Shown here piece by piece: positions 1 to 9,039 of a DNA stretch of 64,000 nucleotides. Both the position numbers and the translations under genes were made by a program. This stretch comes from a virus. The notes under the pieces were generated by a model, which was not told the origin of the DNA, ran no database searches, and worked only from the letters and a program-made list of their open reading frames with translations. Position 1 is the first letter of the stretch, and each line of letters starts with the position of its first letter. The stretch is taken from IMG/VR virus record IMGVR_UViG_3300023296_001674. One strand, written 5' to 3'.

Positions 1-1748
1 CGACACACCTTAATAATGCTCCAGTAGGCGCTACAATTGGATTGCCACCAGGATTAACGGTTAGTGCATCTGGTATATTAAGTGGATTTTCAACGGTGAC
101 TATAGATACAATATTCTCATTTGAAGTTACAGTATTTGATGGCAGTGCTAATGTACAACAACAATTTACAATAACAATAACCGATAACGCAGCAACGTCG
201 AGCGAGTTGAGTTCATTGAATGTTAGATTAACAGGCAATATTAATAAAGAATTTAAAAATTGGAATACTTCAGATTTGATTTATGACGTAGAGTTATTTG
301 CCGCTGATATTGAGGGATTTGGCAGAGTTGTTGAACCAGATGTATATGTAATGAATAATATACATTCGTTAAATCCTACAACAATTGCAGAGTCATTCAA
401 TATGCATCACAAAACATTTGATTCGCTGATTGGTATGCCAACATTTGCAGTTGTTCGTGATGTAAATGATAATATTATATATGAAGTAGTATATGTTAAT
501 ATAATAGACCCGCAACTTGGATCGTCATTTGATATAATAGATGATTATTCAATGCGCGATGATTCATTAATATTGTCTCCTAAAACAGTTTCACAGAGTT
601 TCACGCATCTTCGCACAGAGCTTCAGGTATTGCCAAATTCTGATGAATTACCCAGTTGGATGAGCGCCGAACAAATATTGGGTGATTCTTCTTCGATTAT
701 TGGGTATAATCCTTCGCTTGTATTAGCATATGTTAAACCAGGATTTGGCGATATTATAATAGATCGTTTGAATACGATAGAAACAACAACTGTTATTACA
801 CCAGCATCTGAAACCACATTCGACGATACTGCGGTATTCGGTGATGAATTTTCACCCGTAGTTAGTCCGGGCGATACATTAACAATCAAAAATGGCACAG
901 CGGCAATGGAAACCGTAACATTTAATGCACCTGGAACATTGTTACAAATAGTACAAGATATTAATGACGAAACCATAGACGGCGTTCACGCCGCAGTAAG
1001 AATAATAGAGCAATTTATTCCAGACAGTCCACCAGCCACTTGGCCAGGAACATTTCAAATAGGTCAAGTATTAGTATTAACATATGATGAAAAAACTATA
1101 GATTTGGGTGGCACCGCATTAACTATTTTGGGATTACCCGCTGTTGGAAGAGAAACATTATGGGATGATGGCACCTCTTTTGATGCATCCACGGGTACGG
1201 AAATTATAATTACTAAAGGTTTAGGATATCAACTTACTGGTCGAAATTTAATCATAGATCGTTATTTATTTGAAGATAATTCATCAGCAGTAACAGACCT
1301 TACTAGTTTTGATGGTGCTACAACGACATTTGACGGCAATTCTACAGCATTCGATTTAGTATTTGGAGTACAAAAATGGATTAAATTCAATTCAGATATA
1401 GATAATCCAGTATGGATAACAAACAAAGGTGTGATTGGCGGTTTTGATACTGGTGATACAGTGTCTATTCAACTAGAAACTGTTAATGATTCTGGTTTGA
1501 CTATATCTTATTCATTAATTTATGGTGCGCTACCAGATGGTTTAACATTAGATAGCGATGGATTGATAAGTGGAACAATAACAGGTAGTTTATACACTTC
1601 TATCTATTTTGTGGTGCACGCAATTGATTCAGATGGTAATTTTTCTGATAGAGGATTTGAGATCGTTGTTGATGGACCAACCACATTCGACACCAATCTG
1701 ACAACATTTACCGATTTGGGCGTTCCAATGACTTTGGATGTTACATAA
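1..1748 (+). CDS. Virion/tail-fibre-associated structural protein with Ig-like repeats (5' partial)
   Basis: Frame is open from nt 3, so the listed TTG at 42 is probably internal. LPPGLTVSASGILSG near the N-end and LPDGLTLDSDGLISGTITG near the C-end resemble bacterial Ig-like (cadherin/He_PIG-type) surface repeats. T/S/D/G-rich. Precedes two fibre-like genes. Confidence 0.55.
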   Translation, partial: THLNNAPVGATIGLPPGLTVSASGILSGFSTVTIDTIFSFEVTVFDGSANVQQQFTITITDNAATSSELSSLNVRLTGNINKEFKNWNTSDLIYDVELFAADIEGFGRVVEPDVYVMNNIHSLNPTTIAESFNMHHKTFDSLIGMPTFAVVRDVNDNIIYEVVYVNIIDPQLGSSFDIIDDYSMRDDSLILSPKTVSQSFTHLRTELQVLPNSDELPSWMSAEQILGDSSSIIGYNPSLVLAYVKPGFGDIIIDRLNTIETTTVITPASETTFDDTAVFGDEFSPVVSPGDTLTIKNGTAAMETVTFNAPGTLLQIVQDINDETIDGVHAAVRIIEQFIPDSPPATWPGTFQIGQVLVLTYDEKTIDLGGTALTILGLPAVGRETLWDDGTSFDASTGTEIIITKGLGYQLTGRNLIIDRYLFEDNSSAVTDLTSFDGATTTFDGNSTAFDLVFGVQKWIKFNSDIDNPVWITNKGVIGGFDTGDTVSIQLETVNDSGLTISYSLIYGALPDGLTLDSDGLISGTITGSLYTSIYFVVHAIDSDGNFSDRGFEIVVDGPTTFDTNLTTFTDLGVPMTLDVT

Positions 1749-1790
1749 ATATAATAAATAGTTTATAGGTTAAACACGGAGAAAATAACG

Positions 1791-2909
1791 ATGTCCATTA
1801 CTGAAATAAATTTAATTGATGAAGCTTTTCCTATCGCCGGAATAGATCAACCATCTGACGGATATAGAGATAACTTTAACAATATTAAAATATCATTGAC
1901 TGATCTGGATACAGCAGTCATCACCGAAATGGATGATATTAGTGATGTTGATACAACTAGTGTTGCGCCCATATTAAATGATATATTCACATTTGATAGC
2001 ACAAATTGGGTTCCTATAGCATTCGAGATTGTGAATGATATTACCCCACAATTAGGTGGATTATTAGACCTTAATGGATTTGGATTGGGTGATGGAACAA
2101 ATATTATTATTAGTTTAGTTGAAGCTGCTACCCCTGTTAACTATCTTGCTTTTGGTAATGCGGATACGGGCGTTTCGCCTATCATTGCATCGATTGGCAC
2201 AGATACAGATGTTGGATTAGTATTAAAACCAAAAAATGCTGGTAAAGTAACCATAAGTTCAGATGATGCAGAAGCAGATATAACAACCGATGGAGTTTTG
2301 CCGTTGTTAATTAGACCTGCTAATTCATTGACATTGCGTTCTGGTGGTAATACATCGGGTAATGGTTATTCCACTGTACTTCGCGGTGGTGATAGCACAG
2401 GTGGCGATGGTGATGGTGGTGAAGTAATTATTAAACCTGGCGTATTCGATGGTTCTGGTAGTCAAGGCGGCGTGACGGTTAGAGATGAAACAGATGATGA
2501 AATAATTAGATTTAGAGGAACAAGCACAGGTACACCAGTAAATTCAATTTTGATTGTTAACTCTATAACCACAGAAGGACCAGCATTGTTAACAATTGGC
2601 GACGACGCCAATGTAGATTTTCTTATTGTTCCCAAAGGAACTGGAAAATTAGATGTTTCTGGTATTTTATATCCAAACACCGATGGAACAACTGATGGCG
2701 ATGTTATGAAAACTGATGCTGCTGGTGTTCTTTCGTTTGACGCACCAACCGATTTAGGTGAATTTACAGTTGCTGGCTTGCCTGCTGCTGCTACGAATGC
2801 CGATTCATGGGCGCTGGCAACAGATGCTAGTGGCGGAAGAACAATCGTGCGTAGCGATGGCACCGCATGGAAGGTGATAGCGTTAGAGAGTGCAACAGTA
2901 GTAACATAA
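1791..2909 (+). CDS. Tail-fibre-like structural protein
   Basis: GGAG RBS upstream. N-terminus GIDQPSDGYRDNFNNIKISLTDL is paralogous to the next ORF. G/T/D-rich composition. C-terminal DGTAWKVIA motif is shared with 2925..3227. Confidence 0.5.
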   Translation: MSITEINLIDEAFPIAGIDQPSDGYRDNFNNIKISLTDLDTAVITEMDDISDVDTTSVAPILNDIFTFDSTNWVPIAFEIVNDITPQLGGLLDLNGFGLGDGTNIIISLVEAATPVNYLAFGNADTGVSPIIASIGTDTDVGLVLKPKNAGKVTISSDDAEADITTDGVLPLLIRPANSLTLRSGGNTSGNGYSTVLRGGDSTGGDGDGGEVIIKPGVFDGSGSQGGVTVRDETDDEIIRFRGTSTGTPVNSILIVNSITTEGPALLTIGDDANVDFLIVPKGTGKLDVSGILYPNTDGTTDGDVMKTDAAGVLSFDAPTDLGEFTVAGLPAAATNADSWALATDASGGRTIVRSDGTAWKVIALESATVVT

Positions 2910-2924
2910 GGCATATAAATATAA

Positions 2925-3227
2925 ATGGCTTCTTCAATAATAGAAACAGACCCACAATCAGGTATAGATCAACCAGCATCAGTTGTTAGAAATAATTTTG
3001 TTCGAGCGAAAATCGAAATAGAAGAGTTGCAGGATGAAAAAATTAATAAATCAGGCGACACTATGTCAGGATTGTTAAAACTTGCTGCCTTAAATATTGC
3101 TGAACTCCCCGATCCAGCAACAAACTTAGCAGGTATTGCAGTAGTAACAGACTCTGGCCCTAACCCTATTCCAGTTTATAGTAATGGTATAGCTTGGCTT
3201 AAATTTTCGGATGATTCTGCTATATAA
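2925..3227 (+). CDS. Short tail-fibre-like protein (paralog of the termini of 1791..2909)
   Basis: SGIDQPASVVRNNFVRAKIEIEEL plus a GDTMSG motif common in phage fibre N-termini. C-terminal NGIAWLKF matches DGTAWKVI of the upstream gene. Confidence 0.45.
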   Translation: MASSIIETDPQSGIDQPASVVRNNFVRAKIEIEELQDEKINKSGDTMSGLLKLAALNIAELPDPATNLAGIAVVTDSGPNPIPVYSNGIAWLKFSDDSAI

Positions 3228-3228
3228 A

Positions 3229-3257
3229 TTGACATTAATACAGTAATCATGTAGTAT
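3229..3257 (+). promoter_or_regulatory. sigma70-type promoter candidate
   Basis: TTGACA (3229-3234), 17 nt, TAGTAT (3252-3257). Intergenic, 33 nt before the mazG ATG. Contains the ATGTAGTAT box. Confidence 0.5.
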
Positions 3258-3289
3258 TCATCAAATAATTAAACTAAAGGTGAATAATA

Positions 3290-3727
3290 ATGACTGATTT
3301 AAACAATACATTTAAACAATATCAAACATTCGTAGAGGGTGTAACTAGTGAAACAAGTAAAGATACTGAAATGTTTCAAAAACGCATTACAGAATTAGAA
3401 CAAGCTGGTATTAATTTTGCAGAATTTGATACTGCTATTGCTGGCATCGGCGGTGAAGCGGGTGAGATTGGCGATTTATGGAAAAAATTAAAATATCATG
3501 GTAAGCCATGGAATGAAGAAAATAGACAAAATTTTATTGACGAAGCAGGAGATATGTTTTGGTATCTAGCAAAATATATGCAATCATTGAATATCACGAT
3601 AGAAGAAGTATTAGATAGAAATGTTGCAAAATTAGAATCGAGATATCCCGGTGGAACTTTTTCAATAGAACGATCAGAAGTTCGTGATAGAGAAATTGAT
3701 CCGAGTTACGAAGGTAAAAATACATAA
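3290..3727 (+). CDS. mazG: MazG-like nucleoside triphosphate pyrophosphohydrolase
   Basis: GGEAGEIGDLWKK ... EAGDMFWYL ... NVAKLESRYP, the EExxE/D helices typical of MazG. AAAGG RBS. Confidence 0.8.
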   Translation: MTDLNNTFKQYQTFVEGVTSETSKDTEMFQKRITELEQAGINFAEFDTAIAGIGGEAGEIGDLWKKLKYHGKPWNEENRQNFIDEAGDMFWYLAKYMQSLNITIEEVLDRNVAKLESRYPGGTFSIERSEVRDREIDPSYEGKNT

Positions 3728-3740
3728 GAGGTATTTAAAA

Positions 3741-4025
3741 ATGCATCCAGGTTTAGAAAAAGAAAAAGCAAGCGAAATGTCTATAGAAGATTGTCACGAA
3801 AAGATAACTGAAATAGATAGACGCATGGGAATAGCATATCAATTAACGCACACTGACGTATTGCCGCAAATGCGATTATTAAAAGAGCATTATCAAATGA
3901 TAATAAAAGATAAAATGGACGCAGAGATGCAAGAAATGATAGATTCTGATCCTAAACTTGGACGCACCGTTATTGATATAGATTGGCCCGATCCTGCTGA
4001 TGAAGAAGATGAAGACACGTTTTAA
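3741..4025 (+). CDS. Hypothetical protein
   Basis: ATG at 3741 is preceded by an AAGAGG RBS. The longer listed ORF (3684) overlaps mazG and is less likely. Acidic C-terminus. Confidence 0.5.
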   Translation: MHPGLEKEKASEMSIEDCHEKITEIDRRMGIAYQLTHTDVLPQMRLLKEHYQMIIKDKMDAEMQEMIDSDPKLGRTVIDIDWPDPADEEDEDTF

Positions 4026-4026
4026 C

Positions 4027-4056
4027 TTGACAGGTGTATAACAAATATATTATATT
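4027..4056 (+). promoter_or_regulatory. sigma70-type promoter candidate overlapped by a palindrome
   Basis: TTGACA (4027-4032), 18 nt, TATATT (4051-4056). 28 nt before the ATG at 4084. Confidence 0.45.
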
Positions 4057-4061
4057 TGTTA
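4039..4061. repeat. 23-bp perfect palindrome (TAACAAATATA-T-TATATTTGTTA)
   Basis: 11-bp arms around a central T, checked base by base. Covers the -10 region of the 4027 promoter. Confidence 0.8.
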
Positions 4062-4083
4062 ACTCTAAAAGAGGATAAAAGTG

Positions 4084-4296
4084 ATGACAAAAGTTTCACA
4101 TGTTGTATTGAGTGCAGAAGACCAAACCAAGAAAGATATCGAATCTTTAAAAACTATATTTACTGAACATGGTATATCGATTGGGTTAAATATTTTACAT
4201 AATGCATGGTCATATAGTTTAATAGAACAATGCCATATCAATCAAAGTGTTGTACACGCAGTAGATGAATATAATACATCAGTAACGGATAAATAG
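4084..4296 (+). CDS. Hypothetical protein
   Basis: AGAGGA RBS. GTG 4081 and ATG 4084 are both possible starts. Confidence 0.4.
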   Translation: MTKVSHVVLSAEDQTKKDIESLKTIFTEHGISIGLNILHNAWSYSLIEQCHINQSVVHAVDEYNTSVTDK

Positions 4297-4298
4297 TA

Positions 4299-4835
4299 GT
4301 GATTAAAGAGTTAAAAGATAGATATATTGATGATATAGGCAGGGTGATAATGACCACCGATGGTCTTATTGATATGTTAATGAAGCAACAATCAATCGAA
4401 GGTTTATTGGTTGAAGAATGTGACGACACACTTAAATATAATACAAATATCGATAACAACAAACAGTTAGAAATATACTCAGACGAGAAAGCGAACGAAA
4501 CACCTGATATATATGATTCAATTGCCACAACTAGGTGGAAAACACCAGAGAAATATCAAATTGCAGATGATGCATTAGTAACGTGGTTATTTGAGAAATG
4601 TAAATCTGAAAATGAATACAACAGAGTTTTAATGGAATTAGAAATGTTTGATGATCGTGGGTTATATCCATTACTTAAACATTTAATATTTTTGGTAGAT
4701 CATTTTAGAAAAAACAATATTGTATGGGGTATAGGGCGCGGATCGAGTGTTTCATCATATATTTTATTTCTCATTGGAATACACAGAGTTAATTCGATTG
4801 ATTTTAATTTAAACATCAACGATTTTTTAAAATAA
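4299..4835 (+). CDS. Stand-alone DNA polymerase III alpha (DnaE) fragment-like protein
   Basis: C-terminal 70 aa (YNRVLMELEMFDDRGLYPLLKHLIFLVDHFRKNNIVWGIGRGSSVSSYILFLIGIHRVNSIDFNLNINDFLK) parallels the DnaE segment ...GYFLIV.DFI.W.K.NGI.VGPGRGSAAGSLVAY.L.IT..DP..F.LLFERFLN. The ORF stops just before the position of the catalytic PDFD.DF motif. GTG start is uncertain. Confidence 0.55.
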   Translation: MIKELKDRYIDDIGRVIMTTDGLIDMLMKQQSIEGLLVEECDDTLKYNTNIDNNKQLEIYSDEKANETPDIYDSIATTRWKTPEKYQIADDALVTWLFEKCKSENEYNRVLMELEMFDDRGLYPLLKHLIFLVDHFRKNNIVWGIGRGSSVSSYILFLIGIHRVNSIDFNLNINDFLK

Positions 4836-4846
4836 GGAAAAATTAA

Positions 4847-5209
4847 ATGGTAAAAAGACATAAAAGTGCTAAAGGTGATCAAATAGATTTTGATCTTTTG
4901 CAACTTAATAATAAAGAAGTGGTAGCCATTGGTAATGCCAGCATGAATGCAAACGGCGATACATTAGGAAGGGGTGGAGTAATTGTTCGAAAAGTAGACG
5001 ATATCCCCAAATCACAATTAGCAGACCCTAATGCAGCATACAATCAACAAAATCCAAAATCGACTAAATTAGTTAGTTTAAAGAGTGCAGTTGTAGTTGA
5101 TGACGTTGTTGTAGAAGCGACACCCGAAGTGGTGGTTGAAGAAACAGTCGTTGATGAAATCGAAAAAAAGCAAAAATCTAAAAGAAAAATAATTGACAGC
5201 GAAGAGTAA
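4847..5209 (+). CDS. Hypothetical protein
   Basis: AAGGAAAA RBS. V/E-rich C-terminal half with a KKQKSKRK tail. Confidence 0.5.
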   Translation: MVKRHKSAKGDQIDFDLLQLNNKEVVAIGNASMNANGDTLGRGGVIVRKVDDIPKSQLADPNAAYNQQNPKSTKLVSLKSAVVVDDVVVEATPEVVVEETVVDEIEKKQKSKRKIIDSEE

Positions 5210-5222
5210 AATGTAGTATACT
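5193..5222 (+). promoter_or_regulatory. sigma70-type promoter candidate
   Basis: TTGACA (5193-5198), 18 nt, TATACT (5217-5222). ATGTAGTAT box at 5211-5219. 33 nt before the ATG at 5255. Confidence 0.5.
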
Positions 5223-5254
5223 TCATTATAATAAAGTATTAATGGAGTATACAA

Positions 5255-5644
5255 ATGGCTACCGATTTTGATTATAGTACAACTGGTGTATTAACACCAA
5301 TTCGCGATCATGTTATAGTTACAGAAATGGACAACGAAGATGAGCGAATAGTTAACGGCATCATTCTGTTAAGTGAAACAGGATCAGACCGTGGCATCCA
5401 CCCAAGACAAGCATATGTAACCGCAGTAGGGCCAGATCAATCAGATGTGGCACCCGGCGATTGGATATTGGTCGAACACGGACGATGGACACGTGGTGTA
5501 AAATTAGACGATGGAAATATATATCGCAAAGTTGACCCATCTTGCATATTGGGAATAACTGGCGATAAGACTGACGATCTTCAGGTAATGGGCGACAAAG
5601 TTGTTAATAATTCTAGACATAATATGGGCGGGTTTGACGAATAA
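5255..5644 (+). CDS. groES: GroES-like co-chaperonin (T4 gp31 analogue)
   Basis: LTPIRDHVIVTEM..ERIVNGIILLSETG...AYVTAVGP....VAPGDWILVEHG follows the GroES pattern (P.GD.V.V...E....GGI.LP......G.V.AVG.G....V..GD.V). TGGAG RBS. Confidence 0.6.
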   Translation: MATDFDYSTTGVLTPIRDHVIVTEMDNEDERIVNGIILLSETGSDRGIHPRQAYVTAVGPDQSDVAPGDWILVEHGRWTRGVKLDDGNIYRKVDPSCILGITGDKTDDLQVMGDKVVNNSRHNMGGFDE

Positions 5645-5695
5645 ATCAAACGATTATACCAGTAAGTTATAACCCCCAATAAAGAGAAATAAAGT

Positions 5696-6619
5696 ATGTC
5701 AATTAAAGAATTATGGACCGAAAAATATCGTCCAAAACGAATCGAAGATTATGTATTTCGTGATGAAAAACAGAAAAAACAAATAGAAGCATGGGTTTCA
5801 GAAAAAGCAATACCACATTTGCTATTATCTGGCACCCAAGGTATCGGCAAAACAACAATCGCGAAGGTTTTATTTCGTGAATTAGAAGTTCCACCAGAAG
5901 ATATATTAGAGTTGAATGCCAGTGATAACACTGGTGTTGACGATATGAGAAATCGCGTTGGTAGTTTTGCAAGCAGAATGCCATTTGGTGAATTTAGATA
6001 TATTTTATTAGATGAAGCAGATTATTTAACACCTAACTCACAAGCAGTATTGCGTGGATATTTAGAGAAATATTCGGCAACCTCGAGATTTGTGTTGACC
6101 TGCAATTACGATTATAAAATCATACCAGCATTGAAAAGTAGAACGCAAGGGTTTCATTTAGAAAAACTTGATCGTGGTGAATTCGATATTCGAATTGCTA
6201 CCATATTGGCGTCAGAAGGCGTTGAATTTGATGCATCACTTATGGATTCATTTATTGAAGCCACATATCCAGATTTGCGCAAGTGTATTAATGATTTACA
6301 ACAAAACGTCGTTGATGGAATATTGACATTACCAGTGGTAAGTTCAGGCAATGATGATTATAAAATATTAATGGTTGAATTGTTTAAAGATAAAAAAATA
6401 AGAGAAGCAAGAAAATTGATTTGCACACAAGCAAGACCAGAAGAATATGATGATATATATAGATTTTTATATCAAAACTTGCAATATTTTGGTAATGAAC
6501 AAAATCAAGAAACTGCCATTATTAAAATAAAAGAAGGTTTGGTTAATCACGCTATTTGTGCCGATCCTGAAATAAATCTTGCCGCTACAATGGTAGAACT
6601 AGGATATTTGATGGAATAA
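5696..6619 (+). CDS. Sliding-clamp loader large subunit (RFC small-subunit / T4 gp44 type AAA+)
   Basis: LWTEKYRPKRIEDYV, Walker A SGTQGIGKTT, Walker B ILLDEADYLT, sensor-1 FVLTCNY, SRTQGF. Confidence 0.85.
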   Translation: MSIKELWTEKYRPKRIEDYVFRDEKQKKQIEAWVSEKAIPHLLLSGTQGIGKTTIAKVLFRELEVPPEDILELNASDNTGVDDMRNRVGSFASRMPFGEFRYILLDEADYLTPNSQAVLRGYLEKYSATSRFVLTCNYDYKIIPALKSRTQGFHLEKLDRGEFDIRIATILASEGVEFDASLMDSFIEATYPDLRKCINDLQQNVVDGILTLPVVSSGNDDYKILMVELFKDKKIREARKLICTQARPEEYDDIYRFLYQNLQYFGNEQNQETAIIKIKEGLVNHAICADPEINLAATMVELGYLME

Positions 6620-6665
6620 TCATGAAAGAAAACGAATAGTTACACAAAAAACACGAGGACATGAT

Positions 6666-6998
6666 ATGAAATTAGTTATTATAGAAAGCCCATTCGCCGC
6701 CCCCACCGATGAAGGTGTTCAAGAAAATATTATATATGCAAGGAGATGCGTTCGTGATAGTCTTGACAAAGGTGAAGCACCAATAGCATCACATTTGCTT
6801 TATACGCAAGATGGTATATTAGACGATACGATACAACATGAACGCGATTGGGGCATAAATGCCGGATTGGCGTGGCGGAAAGTGGCTGAAGGATCGGTTG
6901 TATATACTGATAAAGGTATAACAAAAGGAATGGAATATGGCATTAAAGCCGCAGAAAGTTCTGGTATATCGGTTGAATACCGAAAACTCGATAATTAA
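6666..6998 (+). CDS. Hypothetical protein (possibly nucleoside 2-deoxyribosyltransferase-like fold)
   Basis: MKLVIIESPFA...ENIIYARRC...PIASHLLY pattern is reminiscent of small Rossmann-like phage proteins. Family assignment not secure. Confidence 0.45.
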   Translation: MKLVIIESPFAAPTDEGVQENIIYARRCVRDSLDKGEAPIASHLLYTQDGILDDTIQHERDWGINAGLAWRKVAEGSVVYTDKGITKGMEYGIKAAESSGISVEYRKLDN

Positions 6999-7012
6999 AA
7001 AGGATAAAATAA

Positions 7013-7441
7013 ATGGTTTTTTCAAAATATGACAAAGGTCGCCCATTTTTGGTGGTAACACAAAATTCAAGACCCGCAGAAGGCGAGAATACTTCAACAA
7101 AAAACTGGGGCAAAACTGGCAAGAAAGTAATACAAGAAATGGTTTCAATTGTTGATACCGTCAAAGATAAGCATCTTTTCGAAGCCGCAGTTATTGTTGA
7201 TGTTTTACAACGACGCATCGTTAAATCAAGATTTTCTGATGATAATAGCGCCACATTAACTCATTATTTGACACAATACAAAAAAGAAATTGCTGAAGGT
7301 ATTCAGGTTTGGATGAGTAGACAATATGAAAATCAAGATGAAGCCCAAGCATTCATGGATAATCTTGATTCAGAAATAGTAAAAATGGATGTACCAACTG
7401 ATATAGTGGATGTAGTACCAGATGAAACAGTTAGCGAATAA
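7013..7441 (+). CDS. Hypothetical protein
   Basis: AAGGA RBS. No recognisable motif. Confidence 0.5.
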   Translation: MVFSKYDKGRPFLVVTQNSRPAEGENTSTKNWGKTGKKVIQEMVSIVDTVKDKHLFEAAVIVDVLQRRIVKSRFSDDNSATLTHYLTQYKKEIAEGIQVWMSRQYENQDEAQAFMDNLDSEIVKMDVPTDIVDVVPDETVSE

Positions 7442-8042
7442 TATAATACTTTGCGATATCGATGGATGCTTGCTAAATTGGCTTGATTCATTCATTGATT
7501 ATATGAAAACCCAATGGGGCTATACATGGAACCATGAATTGGGTGAGCCACATCAATATGATATGGCACCACATTTTGGAATAACACATGACGAAGTTGT
7601 TATACATATAACAAACTTCAATGTTGGGTTCTGGCAGTTTGGTGCGTTAAAACCGACTGATGGTGCACAGGATGCTATGATTAAACTTTCTGATATGGGA
7701 TATAGATTTGTTGCTATCAGCAGTTGTTCCACTGATAATAGAACTGTTGCACTTAGAAAAGCAAATTTATATAATCATTTTGGTGATATATTCGATGATG
7801 TGCACTGTATTGACATACATGAAAACAAAAAATCATACTTAACAAAGCATCAACCAACGTTTTGGATTGAAGATAATTTCAACAATTGCGTTGATGGATT
7901 GCAGTATGGTCACAATTGTATACTTGTAAATAGAAATTGGAACGAAAATGATCATCATGATGAAATAACTCGATTTGATGAATGGTCGCAAATAGTTGAT
8001 TTCATTGGAGAAAATAAAAATTTTAATAAAGTCCGCACTTAA
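7422..8042 (+). CDS. HAD-superfamily phosphatase, 5'(3')-deoxyribonucleotidase-like
   Basis: N-terminal ILCDIDGCLLNW (DxDx motif I), ISSCS (motif II-like), FWIEDN (motif IV-like). Confidence 0.55.
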   Translation: MKQLANNIILCDIDGCLLNWLDSFIDYMKTQWGYTWNHELGEPHQYDMAPHFGITHDEVVIHITNFNVGFWQFGALKPTDGAQDAMIKLSDMGYRFVAISSCSTDNRTVALRKANLYNHFGDIFDDVHCIDIHENKKSYLTKHQPTFWIEDNFNNCVDGLQYGHNCILVNRNWNENDHHDEITRFDEWSQIVDFIGENKNFNKVRT

Positions 8043-8121
8043 TAGCACCCAATATTAGACTAAATACTATTAGGTTGAATGGCCGTTCGCCGCTTTCTTT
8101 TAACATAAGCAAAGGAGCATT

Positions 8122-8874
8122 ATGGTGACTAGACATAAAGCGAAACATAAAAAAAACAACCAAGGAAATCAACGATCTAACGATAATATCGTTAATATCA
8201 ATGATTATAAGACCCCAACGAAGAGTAGAAAGACAAAAGTAGATATTATACCACGAAATGAAGCACAGGAAGATTATATTTTCGCAATAGAAGATTGCAG
8301 AGTTGTGTTTGGTGTTGGCCCTGCTGGCACCGGTAAAACATATATTCCGACATTGATGGCAATCAAATCCCTTAAAGCAGGCGAAGTTGAAAAAATTGTA
8401 ATGACTCGACCGATGGTAAGCGTGGATGAAGATATAGGTGCATTGCCAGGTGCATTGCCAGGTGATATTGTGGCAAAAACTGCACCATGGGCTAGACCCA
8501 TTGTTGATATATTAGAAGAATTTTACCACCCAACTCAAATAGCATCAATGATGGAATCGGGAATTATAGAATTTTCACCATTAGGATTTATGAGAGGTAG
8601 AACATTTAAGAACAGCTTTATCATCTTCGACGAAGCACAAAATGCTACCGTATCGCAGATGAAAATGGTATTAACACGGATTGGTCAAGGAAGTCAGATG
8701 GTTATTATTGGCGACTTGAACCAACATGACAGAGGATTTGAGGCGAATGGCCTTAAAGATTTTATTGATCGTTCTATTAATTCAGAAAATATCGACGTAA
8801 TCGAATTTAGCAGGGGTGACATTGAGCGCGACGAGGTTGTTGCAGATGTTCTAGAAATTTACGGCGAAGAATAA
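8122..8874 (+). CDS. phoH: PhoH-like ATPase
   Basis: Walker A GPAGTGKTY, VMTRP, IGALPG, IIFDEAQN, IIGDLNQHD. Contains an in-frame 12-bp tandem duplication at 8437-8460. Confidence 0.9.
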   Translation: MVTRHKAKHKKNNQGNQRSNDNIVNINDYKTPTKSRKTKVDIIPRNEAQEDYIFAIEDCRVVFGVGPAGTGKTYIPTLMAIKSLKAGEVEKIVMTRPMVSVDEDIGALPGALPGDIVAKTAPWARPIVDILEEFYHPTQIASMMESGIIEFSPLGFMRGRTFKNSFIIFDEAQNATVSQMKMVLTRIGQGSQMVIIGDLNQHDRGFEANGLKDFIDRSINSENIDVIEFSRGDIERDEVVADVLEIYGEE

Positions 8875-8891
8875 CAAAATCTCCTAATTGG

Positions 8892-8928
8892 TTAGGTGCA
8901 GATATAAAAATTCTGCACCTAACTATTT
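8892..8928 (+). terminator. Terminator-like hairpin
   Basis: Perfect 11-bp stem TTAGGTGCAGA / TCTGCACCTAA with a 9-nt loop, 18 nt after the phoH stop. The trailing T-tract is weak (CTATTT). Confidence 0.5.
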
Positions 8929-8955
8929 GACATATCATCATTTTTAGTGTATTAT
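8927..8955 (+). promoter_or_regulatory. sigma70-type promoter candidate
   Basis: TTGACA (8927-8932), 17 nt, TATTAT (8950-8955). Confidence 0.5.
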
Positions 8956-9039
8956 ATCGAAAATATGAGATAAATCAATAATGTTTTTTATGTATGTATA
9001 AATAGTATTACAGTTATTACATACATAAAAGGATTTATT

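Noticed and set aside
2914-2921. T4-type late promoter consensus TATAAATA. Other copies lie near 8996, 15354, 23696 and 56323.
   Set aside because: This 8-mer of only A and T is expected many times by chance in such AT-rich DNA. The copy at 2914 lies only 4 nt before the ATG, too close to serve it. There is no consistent spacing to genes, unlike the TTGACA/TATAAT sites.
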